In this document: piece by piece, positions 1 to 9,483 of the stretch
Layout: every line of letters starts with the position of its first letter
Numbering within the stretch: the first letter of the stretch is position 1
IMG/VR virus record: IMGVR_UViG_3300044638_004201
Location: 1 to 64,000 of that record
Strand: one strand, 5' to 3'
Source of the DNA: a virus
Length of the DNA stretch: 64,000 nucleotides
Made by a program: the position numbers and the translations under genes
Notes under the pieces: model-generated
Database searches by the model: none
Told to the model about the DNA's origin: nothing
The model's input: the letters and a program-made list of their open reading frames with translations, nothing else

Positions 1-214
1 CCACATCAAACATATTGTTCTGAACAATCAACAATAGTTTTTCTATTTCTTCATCTGTTATATCTAAAAGCAATACACCAATATAAGAATTTGCCTCATC
101 GACTGTGGCAAAGGCTTCTAGCCTAGGATCATTCTTTGAGGTGCGACTCATATCCCCTAGAGATGTAGTTCCGTCATCGCCAGTCTTTGTATAAATTCGA
201 GTTAGGTGGACCAT
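1..214 (-). CDS. pduO: PduO-type ATP:cob(I)alamin adenosyltransferase (N-terminal part; runs off window)
   Basis: Manual translation from ATG at 214: MVHLTRIYTKTGDDGTTSLGDMSRTSKNDPRLEAFATVDEANSYIG...QNNMFDV. Contains the PduO signatures IYTKTGDxGxT, VDEANS and QNxxFD. Not in the ORF track. Confidence 0.93.
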   Translation of the reverse strand, partial: MVHLTRIYTKTGDDGTTSLGDMSRTSKNDPRLEAFATVDEANSYIGVLLLDITDEEIEKLLLIVQNNMFDV

Positions 215-336
215 CAGTGTCCTGTCATTGAGCGCCAAATATCTACAGTAATTTTGTTGGCTACATACATAGTAATCAAAGTTATTGATAGTTGAAGAAT
301 AATTTCAGCAGAAGTCTTGCTTTTAGTTTTTAACAT
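214..336 (-). CDS. 40-aa putative single-pass membrane peptide
   Basis: MLKTKSKTSAEIILQLSITLITMYVANKITVDIWRSMTGH; coupled by TGATG overlaps to the genes on both sides. Confidence 0.7.
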   Translation of the reverse strand: MLKTKSKTSAEIILQLSITLITMYVANKITVDIWRSMTGH

Positions 337-788
337 CAAGGCCATTGTAGGTCTCCATTTGTAGAAAATACTAAACCTAAAGAGTCGCCTTCAGATAAAG
401 AAATTTCGTTGATTCCTGTTTGAGCCCAGCCCCACTCGTTAAAAAATGGAAGTAGTTTCTTTTCTTTTACTATGACAGCCCAGTAGGCATCTTCTGGTGG
501 CATAACTTCGCAAGTCTCTACAGATTTATCTGGAAGACCATTAAGTCTACAAATAACAGCATCACCATATTTTTGTGTGCCTTCTGTTATATAGCCAGAG
601 ATTTTTAGCAATTCTAACGCGTTTGTTTCAGCAGAAATATCTATACATTTTTCTACTTTTGTTTCAGCATTGAGAGAACCAAAATCAACATACAAGTTCA
701 CGCAATTACTGTCGGGCTTACTTAAAAAAGACAAACCAATGTAAGTAAAACTAATAATTAAAAAAGACAGTATTAGTTTATTCTTCAC
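336..788 (-). CDS. Membrane-anchored/exported protein, putative cobalamin-binding beta-grasp domain (DUF4430/SCO2322-like)
   Basis: N-terminal hydrophobic anchor; GTQKYGDAVICRLNGLP...C..MPP..AYW...W.WAQTG.....L.EGDSLGLVF pattern; GTGA overlap with RNR stop. Confidence 0.6.
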   Translation of the reverse strand: MKNKLILSFLIISFTYIGLSFLSKPDSNCVNLYVDFGSLNAETKVEKCIDISAETNALELLKISGYITEGTQKYGDAVICRLNGLPDKSVETCEVMPPEDAYWAVIVKEKKLLPFFNEWGWAQTGINEISLSEGDSLGLVFSTNGDLQWP

Positions 789-2827
789 TGGTTTTCCCTA
801 ATAAGTTTCACCTCGCAAGCGTCAGTAGTGCAGTATGCCTCACCGATAGCATCAGCCGCAAGTCCCGCATAAACTCCTGAGAAGTCAATTGGAAAGAGTT
901 TTAGAGTTCCCTCTTCTTCATATTCTTCTTCAGTGATTTGTGTGTATGGCATCTGTGGGTATGTAAAGTTTCCTGATGGAAGGAATGAAACTGTTTTTAG
1001 TTGACCATCGTAAAGATGGAGAACAGTTCCGACTGCGCTTGCTTCCTTTTCAGGGTCAAAGGAGATAGTTACTGAGACAGAGTTATCTGACCAATAGCGT
1101 TGTGCGTATGCTGCTAACGCCATCTTTTCGTAGATTGAGACATCCTTCTCAGCCCTCTTGGACTCAGACTTGATTGGAAAATAGACAACCGATGTAGTGT
1201 TCGGTGATTCCGACGCTGGTTCAACTTTGTAGTTCGCCATCTTAAATAAGGGAAGCATAGGGTCCGAATTAGCAAAGCGAATGGTACGCATAAAATACTT
1301 ACCGCCAGGAGTCCAATGTACGCCAGGACTTTCACCAGCAAGAATGGAAACCGTGCCAGAAGGCTTAATGGTTGTTGTCTTGATAGATTCACGGATTCCG
1401 AGCCATTCTGAATAAGTAGTGTCGTAATACTTAATTGTCTCGTATCCCTTGTCCATCCATTCACGAAGAAGTGGAAGACCACGGTTGTCTGCAAAGTTTG
1501 CTACGCCTGACATTGAAGTTCCAATGCGACGGTTACGCTGCATAATTGCGTTTGTCTCTGCCCAGTGGGTAGGAAGAAGTGTCACGGTTTTTGCGTAAAG
1601 ATAAGCAAACTTAAGAGTGCGCTTGTAATCTTCCAGTGACTCGTGTCGGTTGAGATATGTTTCAACAAGAGTACACATTTCGTAAGACTCAAGTGATTGC
1701 TCAGCGCAAGGGTTATAACCTTCTACACGATAATCTTTATTGTTAGGTGGGTCAACCAAACGTCCATACTGTCTAGAGACATCTAGCCAAATAACTCCAG
1801 GTTCTCCGTTGCGAGCAATACCTTCAACAATAGGGTCAAGGTTTGCGCCAACGTAAGCCTCTACAGAATTGTTAGACATCCAAGCCCAGCCAGGATTTTC
1901 TGGGTCATAAGAGTTACGCTCTGGATAAATCTCTGCGTTCTTCAAGTTCAAAAAGTCTTCGTCATCAATGCGACCAATAAGAAGTTCTGCGGAACGACGA
2001 ACGTTTCCTGATACAACGCAAACGCCAATCATATTTCCAATGTCAGCAATGTCTCTGCGAGTTACTTTCTCTCCCTTGCGACCTGCGAACAACTTAGTAA
2101 TGTGATTGTGTAAACGCTCTAACGGTTGGTGTCCTGCTGCTGTTCCTCCGAAGGTTTTGATTGGGGTGCCTTCTGGACGGACTTCTGAGTAGTCAAATAG
2201 TGGAGTCTTCTGATCTGGTCGTAGGTAAGCATTGATGATGAGTTCGAGGGATTTGACCCAACCTTCTCTGGTATCTGGGACGACATATGTTTCTTCTCCT
2301 TCTGGTTCATAGATTTGGAATTCTTTATCAGCACCCTTGTCATCAAATCCAACACCAACGCCAAGCATTGATGCTTCCATTAAAAATGTAAATGGTTTTG
2401 ATGGGTCTGCCTTACTCATTTCTTTTGTTGAAACAAATGCGCAATTTTGAAGTGCAGCAGAGTTGCGTTGAGTATTAACAATTGGAGTTCCCATAACCCA
2501 TAGACCACGTCCTGGAGGAGACCACTTCAACTCAAACAAACGCTCGAATGCTTCTTTAGCAGAAGCCGCTGCTTTAGTGTCAGACCAAGGAAGACGGTTG
2601 TTCTTAGCGTGTTCCTTCTGTAATGAATACATTCCGTTGATAACACGTTCGCATACATCAACCCAAGTTTCTTTATGTCCATCTTCTTTTAGTCGTGAAT
2701 ATGTTCGTAGAAAAGTAATTTCTCCTACAGAGTTTCCAGCAGCATCACGATAACCAAATGGTGCTTTTTTATTGCGGAAGCCCTCTACGAAATCATCAGA
2801 CAACTTGAAAGAAAATGAAACAGACAT
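785..2827 (-). CDS. nrdJ: Class II (adenosylcobalamin-dependent) ribonucleoside-triphosphate reductase
   Basis: RTYSR, PPGRGLW, LQNCAF, GNVRRSA, NPCAEQSL, TTIKPSGTVS motifs and C-terminal CTTDAC cysteine pair. Confidence 0.95.
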   Translation of the reverse strand: MSVSFSFKLSDDFVEGFRNKKAPFGYRDAAGNSVGEITFLRTYSRLKEDGHKETWVDVCERVINGMYSLQKEHAKNNRLPWSDTKAAASAKEAFERLFELKWSPPGRGLWVMGTPIVNTQRNSAALQNCAFVSTKEMSKADPSKPFTFLMEASMLGVGVGFDDKGADKEFQIYEPEGEETYVVPDTREGWVKSLELIINAYLRPDQKTPLFDYSEVRPEGTPIKTFGGTAAGHQPLERLHNHITKLFAGRKGEKVTRRDIADIGNMIGVCVVSGNVRRSAELLIGRIDDEDFLNLKNAEIYPERNSYDPENPGWAWMSNNSVEAYVGANLDPIVEGIARNGEPGVIWLDVSRQYGRLVDPPNNKDYRVEGYNPCAEQSLESYEMCTLVETYLNRHESLEDYKRTLKFAYLYAKTVTLLPTHWAETNAIMQRNRRIGTSMSGVANFADNRGLPLLREWMDKGYETIKYYDTTYSEWLGIRESIKTTTIKPSGTVSILAGESPGVHWTPGGKYFMRTIRFANSDPMLPLFKMANYKVEPASESPNTTSVVYFPIKSESKRAEKDVSIYEKMALAAYAQRYWSDNSVSVTISFDPEKEASAVGTVLHLYDGQLKTVSFLPSGNFTYPQMPYTQITEEEYEEEGTLKLFPIDFSGVYAGLAADAIGEAYCTTDACEVKLIRENQ

Positions 2828-2906
2828 AGATATGCTCCCTTAGTAATTACGAATTTGTTTTTTCGTCTATGGTATTTCGAACCCTAGACGTAAATTTTAC
2901 AGCGTC

Positions 2907-3134
2907 TTAGAACAACTCAGGTTGCTCTTCTGAAGCCTTTCCCTCTTTATGTAAGTCTAGTACTACAGCAAGACCGAGTTCCATTCCAGAAATGAAATGA
3001 TTCGTTACTCCACGAGAGCGTGCTTGTTCTATTTTTTGTTCTATAACTTCAGCAATTTTATGTCTCGTCTCATATTCAATACGAGTCCTGTGTTGGTCAT
3101 AACTGCTCCAAGTAAAGGCTGTGTCTTCAGACAT
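2907..3134 (-). CDS. Hypothetical protein
   Basis: ORF overlapping the upstream stop, co-oriented in the operon. Confidence 0.6.
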   Translation of the reverse strand: MSEDTAFTWSSYDQHRTRIEYETRHKIAEVIEQKIEQARSRGVTNHFISGMELGLAVVLDLHKEGKASEEQPELF

Positions 3135-3450
3135 CAAATATCTGTCCTTCCGTCGCTAGTAGTTCTTGAAGTAATCTAACAGGAATACCGCACTGGGTCG
3201 CAACTGCAACTTCAAGTTGAGCCCCTGTGGATAACTCCCATCCTGGAAGTAAAGCAACTACATCTGATTTCAAAAGTTCTTCAATGTCTTTTCGCATATA
3301 AACTTCTTTTGGTAGGTCTGTTGCTCCCTCAAATGCTTCTGACGGATCAAATACAAAGTGCCCTAAATCTCGTAAAGTTTTAGATGCTTGTCTAAAAGCA
3401 GGGTAGTTGTATTCAGGGATTCCTGTCATCGGTCCCGATAAATAAATCAA
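3127..3450 (-). CDS. DUF4406 / nucleoside 2-deoxyribosyltransferase-like protein
   Basis: IYLSGPMTG..YN..AF...LPGWE.S.GA.LE motif; probable TTG start at 3450 after AAGGAG. Confidence 0.8.
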   Translation of the reverse strand: MIYLSGPMTGIPEYNYPAFRQASKTLRDLGHFVFDPSEAFEGATDLPKEVYMRKDIEELLKSDVVALLPGWELSTGAQLEVAVATQCGIPVRLLQELLATEGQIFDV

Positions 3451-3458
3451 TGTTCTCC

Positions 3459-3719
3459 TTAGTGAGGTGGGTGCGTAGCAAGCAGAATATCTTGGTAGTC
3501 GCACTCTCCGCAATAGATTGTTTCAGCAGACGGGTCTTCTAAATCTAGACACAAAAACAAAGAGCCTTCAATCTCTGTGCTATCTGGCAGATTCAATTTC
3601 TCTACCTCTGTAAGCCACGCCTTTACATCACTTATGGAAAGTGCTTCTCCATCTTCGGCTTTGGCAAAGATAAAAACACTTGCTGACTTCTTTATGTTGT
3701 TCTTAATTTTCTTGGACAT
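3459..3719 (-). CDS. Hypothetical protein with C-terminal CxxC
   Basis: ORF in operon; CGEC motif. Confidence 0.55.
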   Translation of the reverse strand: MSKKIKNNIKKSASVFIFAKAEDGEALSISDVKAWLTEVEKLNLPDSTEIEGSLFLCLDLEDPSAETIYCGECDYQDILLATHPPH

Positions 3720-3906
3720 CTTCACCCGTAGTTTCATAGCCAACTGGAAAACTGGCTGCAAAAAATGCTAGGCAGTCAGTAGAGTGAAAGTACCTTACTT
3801 GGTTGCCCCATACAAGAACCATTATCCCTGAGCCACTTACATTTGCCCTAGTGTGAGACGGACAGCCTTCCCAACTGCAACGGATAGTCAGAGTCGGTGA
3901 GGTCAC
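3703..3906 (-). CDS. Small Cys/His metal-binding protein
   Basis: CSWEGC...YFHSTDCL. Confidence 0.5.
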   Translation of the reverse strand: MTSPTLTIRCSWEGCPSHTRANVSGSGIMVLVWGNQVRYFHSTDCLAFFAASFPVGYETTGEDVQEN

Positions 3907-3942
3907 TAGATAATCTTAACAGTTGAGGGTAGACTTTCGGCT

Positions 3943-4602
3943 ATGACAACACGCTCTGACATTTTGATAGCAACTCCTGGACATTCAGCAAAAATGGAGT
4001 ATGTAAAAAGCCTTGTAAAGACTTGTAAAGCCTTAGATGAAAGAGGGCTGACATATCGCTTTATTTCGCAGTATTCATCATTTGTGCCAACCGCCAGAGA
4101 ACTAACTGCTTTAGACAGCACGCAACACGACTTCGGAACAACTTCGGTTGCTGGGGGCTGGGATTATAAAAAGATTATCTGGATTGATTCAGATATAGAA
4201 TGGGAGCCTGAAGACTTCCTAAAGTTGTATGAAAGTGATTTGGATATTGTCTCTGGGCTTTATCAGTTGGACTGGGCTGGAACTGTGGCTGTGAATTACC
4301 CTAATGAGTATGGGGCGCCAACAAGGGTCAATAAGGTTGAGTTCCTGCTCCACGATGCCCCTGTAGAGGTCGGTGGGGTGGGGTTTGGGTTTGTGGCTAT
4401 CAAGGCTGGGGTCTTTGAAAAGATGGCTAGACCTTGGTTTCTAATCAACAGGGTTCAATGGAGCCCCTTAAATCCTGACCTGAAAGTCAATGTTGGGGAA
4501 GATTATTCTTGGTGTGCCAATGCTTCAAGGGCTGGTTTTAAGATTTTTGTAGACCCTCTGGTCAAGGTAAAACACCATAAAGAAACTGTCTACGAGGTTT
4601 GA
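3943..4602 (+). CDS. Glycosyltransferase (GT-A fold)
   Basis: WIDSDI (DxD), GFGFVAIK..VFE and GEDYSWC motifs; TAGACT -10 just upstream suggests a leaderless start. Confidence 0.8.
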   Translation: MTTRSDILIATPGHSAKMEYVKSLVKTCKALDERGLTYRFISQYSSFVPTARELTALDSTQHDFGTTSVAGGWDYKKIIWIDSDIEWEPEDFLKLYESDLDIVSGLYQLDWAGTVAVNYPNEYGAPTRVNKVEFLLHDAPVEVGGVGFGFVAIKAGVFEKMARPWFLINRVQWSPLNPDLKVNVGEDYSWCANASRAGFKIFVDPLVKVKHHKETVYEV

Positions 4603-4967
4603 TTTCTTACTAAAAGTGTAGTAGGATTGCCCTTTTTTCTGCCCTTTTGGGGTATAGTATCCTAGTTGGATAAAGTGTCAAATAATGAAAATTACGGTCT
4701 AGAAATAGTGATGCCGTAATTGATTTTTGCTGACCGTATCACTATTATTGAATTATGTAATATCTTAAAAGTTAAGTAATATTTTAGAGGCTTCGGAACG
4801 AAACCCTTAACGCGTAAGGAAAATATAGTTGAGTTTTGAATAATCAAATAATAGTTGAATTGAAAAATAGTGGTAGGATATTTAAGTGGATTCTTTGGAT
4901 AGAGGAATTCAGATTAGACAAAAAGAAAGGGTAGGAGTATGTTAAAGGAAAGCAAAAGGAGAGACAA

Positions 4968-5276
4968 ATGACGCAAGACGAAAGAGAAGTTGAGACACGT
5001 TTGCACCTTGTGGACAACCCATCAACTCCAGAAGAGATTGATATGGAGACAGAGTTTCTACAAAAGATTTCTGAGATGGAAGAGTTTCTTATTGAAGAAG
5101 TTGCTACTGCTTTGTTGAAGCGATGGTTCCCAAAAAGATTGCCAGTAGGTGATGATTTTGAAAAGTGGACTGAGATTGCTTTGGCTGATTCAACTGCTGT
5201 AGTCAAGCACTTGATTGAGAAGCAGATTCTTTTAGTAGAGGCGGTAACAGGTGTTGAGCCAACTCAGTCCAGTTGA
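4968..5276 (+). CDS. Hypothetical protein
   Basis: ORF with AAGGAG RBS. Confidence 0.65.
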   Translation: MTQDEREVETRLHLVDNPSTPEEIDMETEFLQKISEMEEFLIEEVATALLKRWFPKRLPVGDDFEKWTEIALADSTAVVKHLIEKQILLVEAVTGVEPTQSS

Positions 5277-5481
5277 GATATTGGTAATTGCTATAAGCCT
5301 TTATTTCATTGTATTTCTAGGTCATACATCTTCATTGTATTTCTTTAGATGGAGAGAGCAGATGTTTAGAAGAAGAATGATTGAGGATTTCATAGATAAC
5401 CTTCAATCAAAGATTCAGACAGAAGAAGATTTCAACGAGATAGTAAAACGATTCAGAAAGGACTTTGGCAATGAGCAATGA
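5251..5481 (+). CDS. Hypothetical membrane protein
   Basis: N-terminal hydrophobic helix; overlaps both neighbours. Confidence 0.55.
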   Translation: MLSQLSPVEILVIAISLYFIVFLGHTSSLYFFRWREQMFRRRMIEDFIDNLQSKIQTEEDFNEIVKRFRKDFGNEQ

Positions 5482-5956
5482 GACTACCCCTAAAAACTCT
5501 TCATTAGAAGCATTGGCTGCTACTGGTCTGAGTTATGAAGCAATCCAAAAAGTTTCTGAAACATTACTAACAACTCCTACAAAGGATGACCGAGTCTGCA
5601 TCTGCGGACACACTATGTCTAAACACAAGACCACATCTAGCGGATTGATTAGTTGTGTGCCTTCAAGACATCGCTGTCCTTGTAAGAGAATGCACGCAGT
5701 TCTAAAGTCAGACAACATCAGACCATTTATGAGAAAGACAAGTGGTCATGGGGAACAACACGCTTTGATGCTAGGTATGGTCAAATCTATAGAAGTGGGA
5801 GCAACGGTCAGTTGGATTAACACCCCTCTTACTTGCGAACGCTGTGGAGAAGAAAAAGCAGTAAGACCAGTCTGCTTGACTCAACAGGGATATAAGACTC
5901 CCTATAGCGTTGGCTACGATGCCTTGCTATGTGATGACTGCTTCGAGGAGGTATAA
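5471..5956 (+). CDS. Cys-rich zinc-finger protein
   Basis: CICGH...H, CPC, CERC and CDDC motifs. Confidence 0.65.
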   Translation: MSNETTPKNSSLEALAATGLSYEAIQKVSETLLTTPTKDDRVCICGHTMSKHKTTSSGLISCVPSRHRCPCKRMHAVLKSDNIRPFMRKTSGHGEQHALMLGMVKSIEVGATVSWINTPLTCERCGEEKAVRPVCLTQQGYKTPYSVGYDALLCDDCFEEV

Positions 5957-5958
5957 CA

Positions 5959-6264
5959 ATGGATAACAAACTTATGAGACAAGCCTTCATTGGGCACTTA
6001 GAAAACCTTGTCTATGAAAAACAACTTGACCCTCAAACTGGGTTGAAGATTATTGAAGTCTTTGATTTAGTAATACGAGACAGAGACGCTGGCATCATTG
6101 AGACTCTAACTTCTAAGATTCGTAACTGGGAAGATACAATGGATGGAGACGATAAATCTCTCTATACTTTAGGACTTCGCCATGGTGTTGATGCCATCAG
6201 AGGACTTGCGCCAACCAATTCCAAGGAATATAAACCGATTGATGAAGAAGACTTTAGGGCTTAA
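5959..6264 (+). CDS. Hypothetical protein
   Basis: ORF with GAGGAG RBS. Confidence 0.65.
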   Translation: MDNKLMRQAFIGHLENLVYEKQLDPQTGLKIIEVFDLVIRDRDAGIIETLTSKIRNWEDTMDGDDKSLYTLGLRHGVDAIRGLAPTNSKEYKPIDEEDFRA

Positions 6265-6502
6265 CTATCATACTTTTTAGGGAAAGCAAAAGCACTTTTT
6301 AGATTCTTTTCCTAAAGTTTTTATTGTAGATATTTAATTACAATAAACCCTTATTTTGTGCGGGGTTTCGGCATTTTTAGATTTTGTTGTTTATGTAAAA
6401 GTAGGGGCTATCAGCCCACTTTTCCAAAATTCGTCGGCATCATATAGCCCTATATTGGTGTATTGCTGGACTTATATCAATGACCAGCAGAAACGAGTAC
6501 TC

Positions 6503-6781
6503 GTGATTAACAAAGCAGCAATCGAGTCGTATGTCCGCAACCTTCTAGGTCAGGTAATTGGCGCAGTAATGATTGTCAGCCAGACCTCAGGTATCGGTTC
6601 ACCTCTCGACTTCGGTTCAGGTGAATGGCTCCTAGTAGCCAACGCACTCTGGGCATCAGTAATCCCTGTCGCCTTACGTTGGGTCAATAAGAAAGACCCT
6701 GCATTCGGGCGTCTTGCAGAAGTAGCGGCAAAAGAAGTTTCAAAGAAATTGGCAGCGGCTCCAAAAAAGAAAGCCAAGTAG
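6503..6781 (+). CDS. Holin-like small membrane protein
   Basis: Probable GTG start at 6503; two hydrophobic segments, PVALRWVNKKDPAFG, basic C-terminus. Confidence 0.55.
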   Translation: MINKAAIESYVRNLLGQVIGAVMIVSQTSGIGSPLDFGSGEWLLVANALWASVIPVALRWVNKKDPAFGRLAEVAAKEVSKKLAAAPKKKAK

Positions 6782-6800
6782 AAACAACTTCTGTAGATTT

Positions 6801-6859
6801 GTCAAGTCCCCGTCCCAGGTAAAAAATAATCAAAATATTCCTCTGGGGCGGGGCTTGAC
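6801..6859 (+). terminator. Long inverted repeat after holin-like gene
   Basis: GTCAAGTCCCCGTCCCAG ... CTGGGGCGGGGCTTGAC; no clear U-tract. Confidence 0.45.
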
Positions 6860-6882
6860 TCTAACAAAGGCAAAAAGTAAAA

Positions 6883-7815
6883 ATGGCAGATGACATCAAC
6901 ATATTTGAATCAGACGAAAAAGAAGACGAGACGGCTTCCCTTCCTGACATTAACACGGCTTACGACCTACGGCCTGATTTGTCCGAATTGGGCATTATGG
7001 AACATGAACGCGGCGTCTGTGAGGATACCTCCGAGAACCGCACAACTCTAAGACGGGCTGGCCTGAAATGGGATACGGTCTATGACGGCATGGGTCGCCC
7101 AATGGGTCTCATCATTGCCCGCTCCGAAGAAGCGCTCCGCGAGCGCCGAATACTTTCGCTAACCGAAAAGCGTCCGCTGCTGTCGGACCCAACTAACAAC
7201 AACTCAGATTTCTTAACGGGCCTGGATCTAATCTTGGAAGATGCCGCCATCAAACTCTCACCCCCTTGGGTCGTAGCGGCAAGTCGCAAATATGTAGAGC
7301 AACAACGCAAAGGCGGCTCGGACAATCCGAACCGTAAGCCACTGGCTCTACCACACCGTTGTCGGATGATAAAGACGGACGGCATCAGATGTATGTTATG
7401 GTCCAGCGGAAGGCCAGCCGATGACGGCCTCTGCCGTTTACACCTAGGTGGACTGCGTCGGCCAGGTCAAGATGTGGAACGGGCTCGCGCCAAGATTGTC
7501 CAGTCAGCGGCTTACGCTGTGGACGTTGTAGAAGAACTAATGGAGACGGCTCAGTCAGAACCCGTCCGACTCAAAGCGGCTACTGAAATCCTTGACCGTG
7601 CTGGAGTTCGAGGCGGCGTGGAGATAGATGTCGGCGTGGACGTAAGCCTGCGCTCACCCGCAGACATTATTGCTGAACGGTTACAACGGCTTGCCTCTAG
7701 CGCTGTGTATGCAGCGGCGAGTCTGCCAGATGTGAAAGTTATTGATGCTGAACCAGTGCTTGAAGAATCAACTAAACCAACGGATGACGAGGGACCTCAA
7801 GATGACGGCAAGTGA
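6883..7815 (+). CDS. Putative terminase small subunit-like protein
   Basis: RCx7RC...CRLH.G zinc motif followed by the helical VRLKAATEILDRAG segment often seen in phage TerS-like proteins. Confidence 0.5.
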   Translation: MADDINIFESDEKEDETASLPDINTAYDLRPDLSELGIMEHERGVCEDTSENRTTLRRAGLKWDTVYDGMGRPMGLIIARSEEALRERRILSLTEKRPLLSDPTNNNSDFLTGLDLILEDAAIKLSPPWVVAASRKYVEQQRKGGSDNPNRKPLALPHRCRMIKTDGIRCMLWSSGRPADDGLCRLHLGGLRRPGQDVERARAKIVQSAAYAVDVVEELMETAQSEPVRLKAATEILDRAGVRGGVEIDVGVDVSLRSPADIIAERLQRLASSAVYAAASLPDVKVIDAEPVLEESTKPTDDEGPQDDGK

Positions 7816-7978
7816 AAACAACTTGGAGATGTTAGTGGAGCGGCTAGCGGCCAGACTCCAGGAGGACATCGAACTAAGTAAAACCCGCGAGGAACATATC
7901 CGAGTAACGGCCCGCGCTAATGAAGCCGCTGAATTGTTGACGGTTGTAAGAACGGCGAGCGCTAACACAGTTCTTTAA
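7802..7978 (+). CDS. Hypothetical helical protein
   Basis: ORF overlapping the preceding stop. Confidence 0.5.
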   Translation: MTASENNLEMLVERLAARLQEDIELSKTREEHIRVTARANEAAELLTVVRTASANTVL

Positions 7979-8700
7979 CTAGACTGTCCTAACGGATAGT
8001 CTAGTAAAAGAACTTACATTTGTCAAATCCAAAAAGCGGCCTGGGGAAAGCCCGCGCCTATATATGCCTAACGGATAGCAAAAAGTAAAAGCGGCGTGCG
8101 CCAATAAGCGGCGAGCGCAAAGCGCTGGATATATAACGGGTGCTGCCTGGATCGCAGATCCGACTAACGGGTACCAGAGTTGTCTGTAGTTGCACCAGGA
8201 AGACCGTTGATAACCGTCACGGTATGTTAGGGTTCGTACAAGGTTAGTTCTAAGACTGTACGTATAACGGATGGACTCAGTCGGAGTTTGAACGTTTGAA
8301 CGTAGCCCCTAAAAGTTCAGAACGTTTGAACGTTTGAACGGCTGCCTGGTGATCGAATTTAACAACCAACAACTTCTCCACTTTAACGTCCGCCGCCTCC
8401 TCCAGAACCAGAACCACCGCCTCCGCCGCCTGGTTGCATCTTTCATAAGTTGTTTATAGTTTGACAGCGGCCAGGGCCCATGAGCAAAAAGTAAAAACGG
8501 TGACGGATCTGCTGTGGACTTCTAGAGTTGTTTGTAGTTTGGACCAGGCGGCCCGCTGCCAGACACCTCCAGACACTTGAGCGTGTCGGCTTGACAACGG
8601 AGGGGTTTCGATACTAAACTCGCTTTGCGGCTTTAGCCGCAAAGTCAAACACGAACAACTCAACAACTTTTCGAAGCGGCCCGCGCTTAGCGGCGAGCCC
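7979..8700. repeat. Non-coding repeat-rich junction (candidate origin, terminus or injection-stop region)
   Basis: CCTAACGGATAG x2, TAACGG repeats, tandem GAACGTTT units at 8287-8340, CCGCC tracts, copies of motifs A and B. Confidence 0.7.
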
Positions 8701-8736
8701 TTGACACATTGATAACGGGTGTGTAATCTGTAGATT

Positions 8737-8916
8737 ATGTTAATAGAACTTTTTATAGCGGCCCGCCTAAACAGTGCTGCGAAATCCCTTAAGCAGAGTG
8801 AACCGCTGTCCTTTTCTGAGCAGACGCTTGCAAACATCCTTGACGACTGGTATTTGAAATTAGTTGACCGTGGTGAAGAACGGCGTGCCCTAAAAGCAGA
8901 ACTTGACAAGGAATAA
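8737..8916 (+). CDS. 59-aa hypothetical protein (leaderless)
   Basis: MLIELFIAARLNSAAKSLKQ...AELDKE; ATG 7 nt after TAATCT -10; not in track. Confidence 0.6.
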   Translation: MLIELFIAARLNSAAKSLKQSEPLSFSEQTLANILDDWYLKLVDRGEERRALKAELDKE

Positions 8917-8981
8917 CAGTAGGGGTAGCGTTGTTGTAAGGACCGTAGTAACGGATGAGACCTATAGAGAAAAGAGACGAA

Positions 8982-9167
8982 ATGAAAAAAGTATTAGCGG
9001 TGCTGTTGATTTCAGCAGTATCAACATTGGTGGTTCCAGCAAGTGCTCAAGCAAGTGACCCAACCCCACCCGCTGAGTGGAAGATGCCAGCAACCAGCAA
9101 GTACATGAAGTACAAGGGAATGGATTGTTGGAAGTGGTGGCGAATCACCAAGTGTCTTCCAAAGTAA
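8982..9167 (+). CDS. Small secreted protein
   Basis: MKKVLAVLLISAVSTLVVPASAQA signal peptide; two Cys. Confidence 0.65.
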   Translation: MKKVLAVLLISAVSTLVVPASAQASDPTPPAEWKMPATSKYMKYKGMDCWKWWRITKCLPK

Positions 9168-9205
9168 AACTTGACAATCTAGATTTACTATGTTTTAATT
9201 AGTTT

Positions 9206-9284
9206 TGTTCGGAAGGCAGAAACCTGATGCGGGATGATGTAGAGGGGTGCGGACCTAGGCCAAAAACCCAGTTCCTTCCGAACA
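9206..9284 (+). ncRNA. Structured 5' leader RNA (copy 1)
   Basis: 11-bp closing stem TGTTCGGAAGG/CCTTCCGAACA starting at the predicted TSS. Confidence 0.5.
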
Positions 9285-9306
9285 CCTAAAAGACAAAGGA
9301 GACAGG

Positions 9307-9483
9307 ATGTCTACAAAAGTAAAGATGGCAGTTATTCCCCAATGCGACATCTGCCAAAACGAAATCGCAAAGTATGACGCAATGACAACACGAGGACCTT
9401 GGGCTTACCAATGCGAAGGTTGCTTCGCTGACTATGGCGTAGGGCTTGGACTTGGCAAGGGTCAAGAATTGGTGGTGGCGTAA
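9307..9483 (+). CDS. 58-aa zinc-finger protein
   Basis: CDIC...YDAMTTRGPWAYQCEGCF...GLGLGKGQ; AAAGGAG RBS; not in track. Confidence 0.75.
   Translation: MSTKVKMAVIPQCDICQNEIAKYDAMTTRGPWAYQCEGCFADYGVGLGLGKGQELVVA

Noticed and set aside
2828-2906. Cobalamin riboswitch upstream of nrdJ
   Set aside because: Only 79 bp with a single hairpin; no B12-box or other conserved core visible
8287-8340. CRISPR-like array from GAACGTTT repeats or from motifs A/B
   Set aside because: Repeats are too short, spacers are not regular, and no cas genes are present
8454-8909. 151-aa minus-strand ORF
   Set aside because: Antisense to a promoter-linked + strand ORF and crosses repeat DNA; no RBS or recognisable motif
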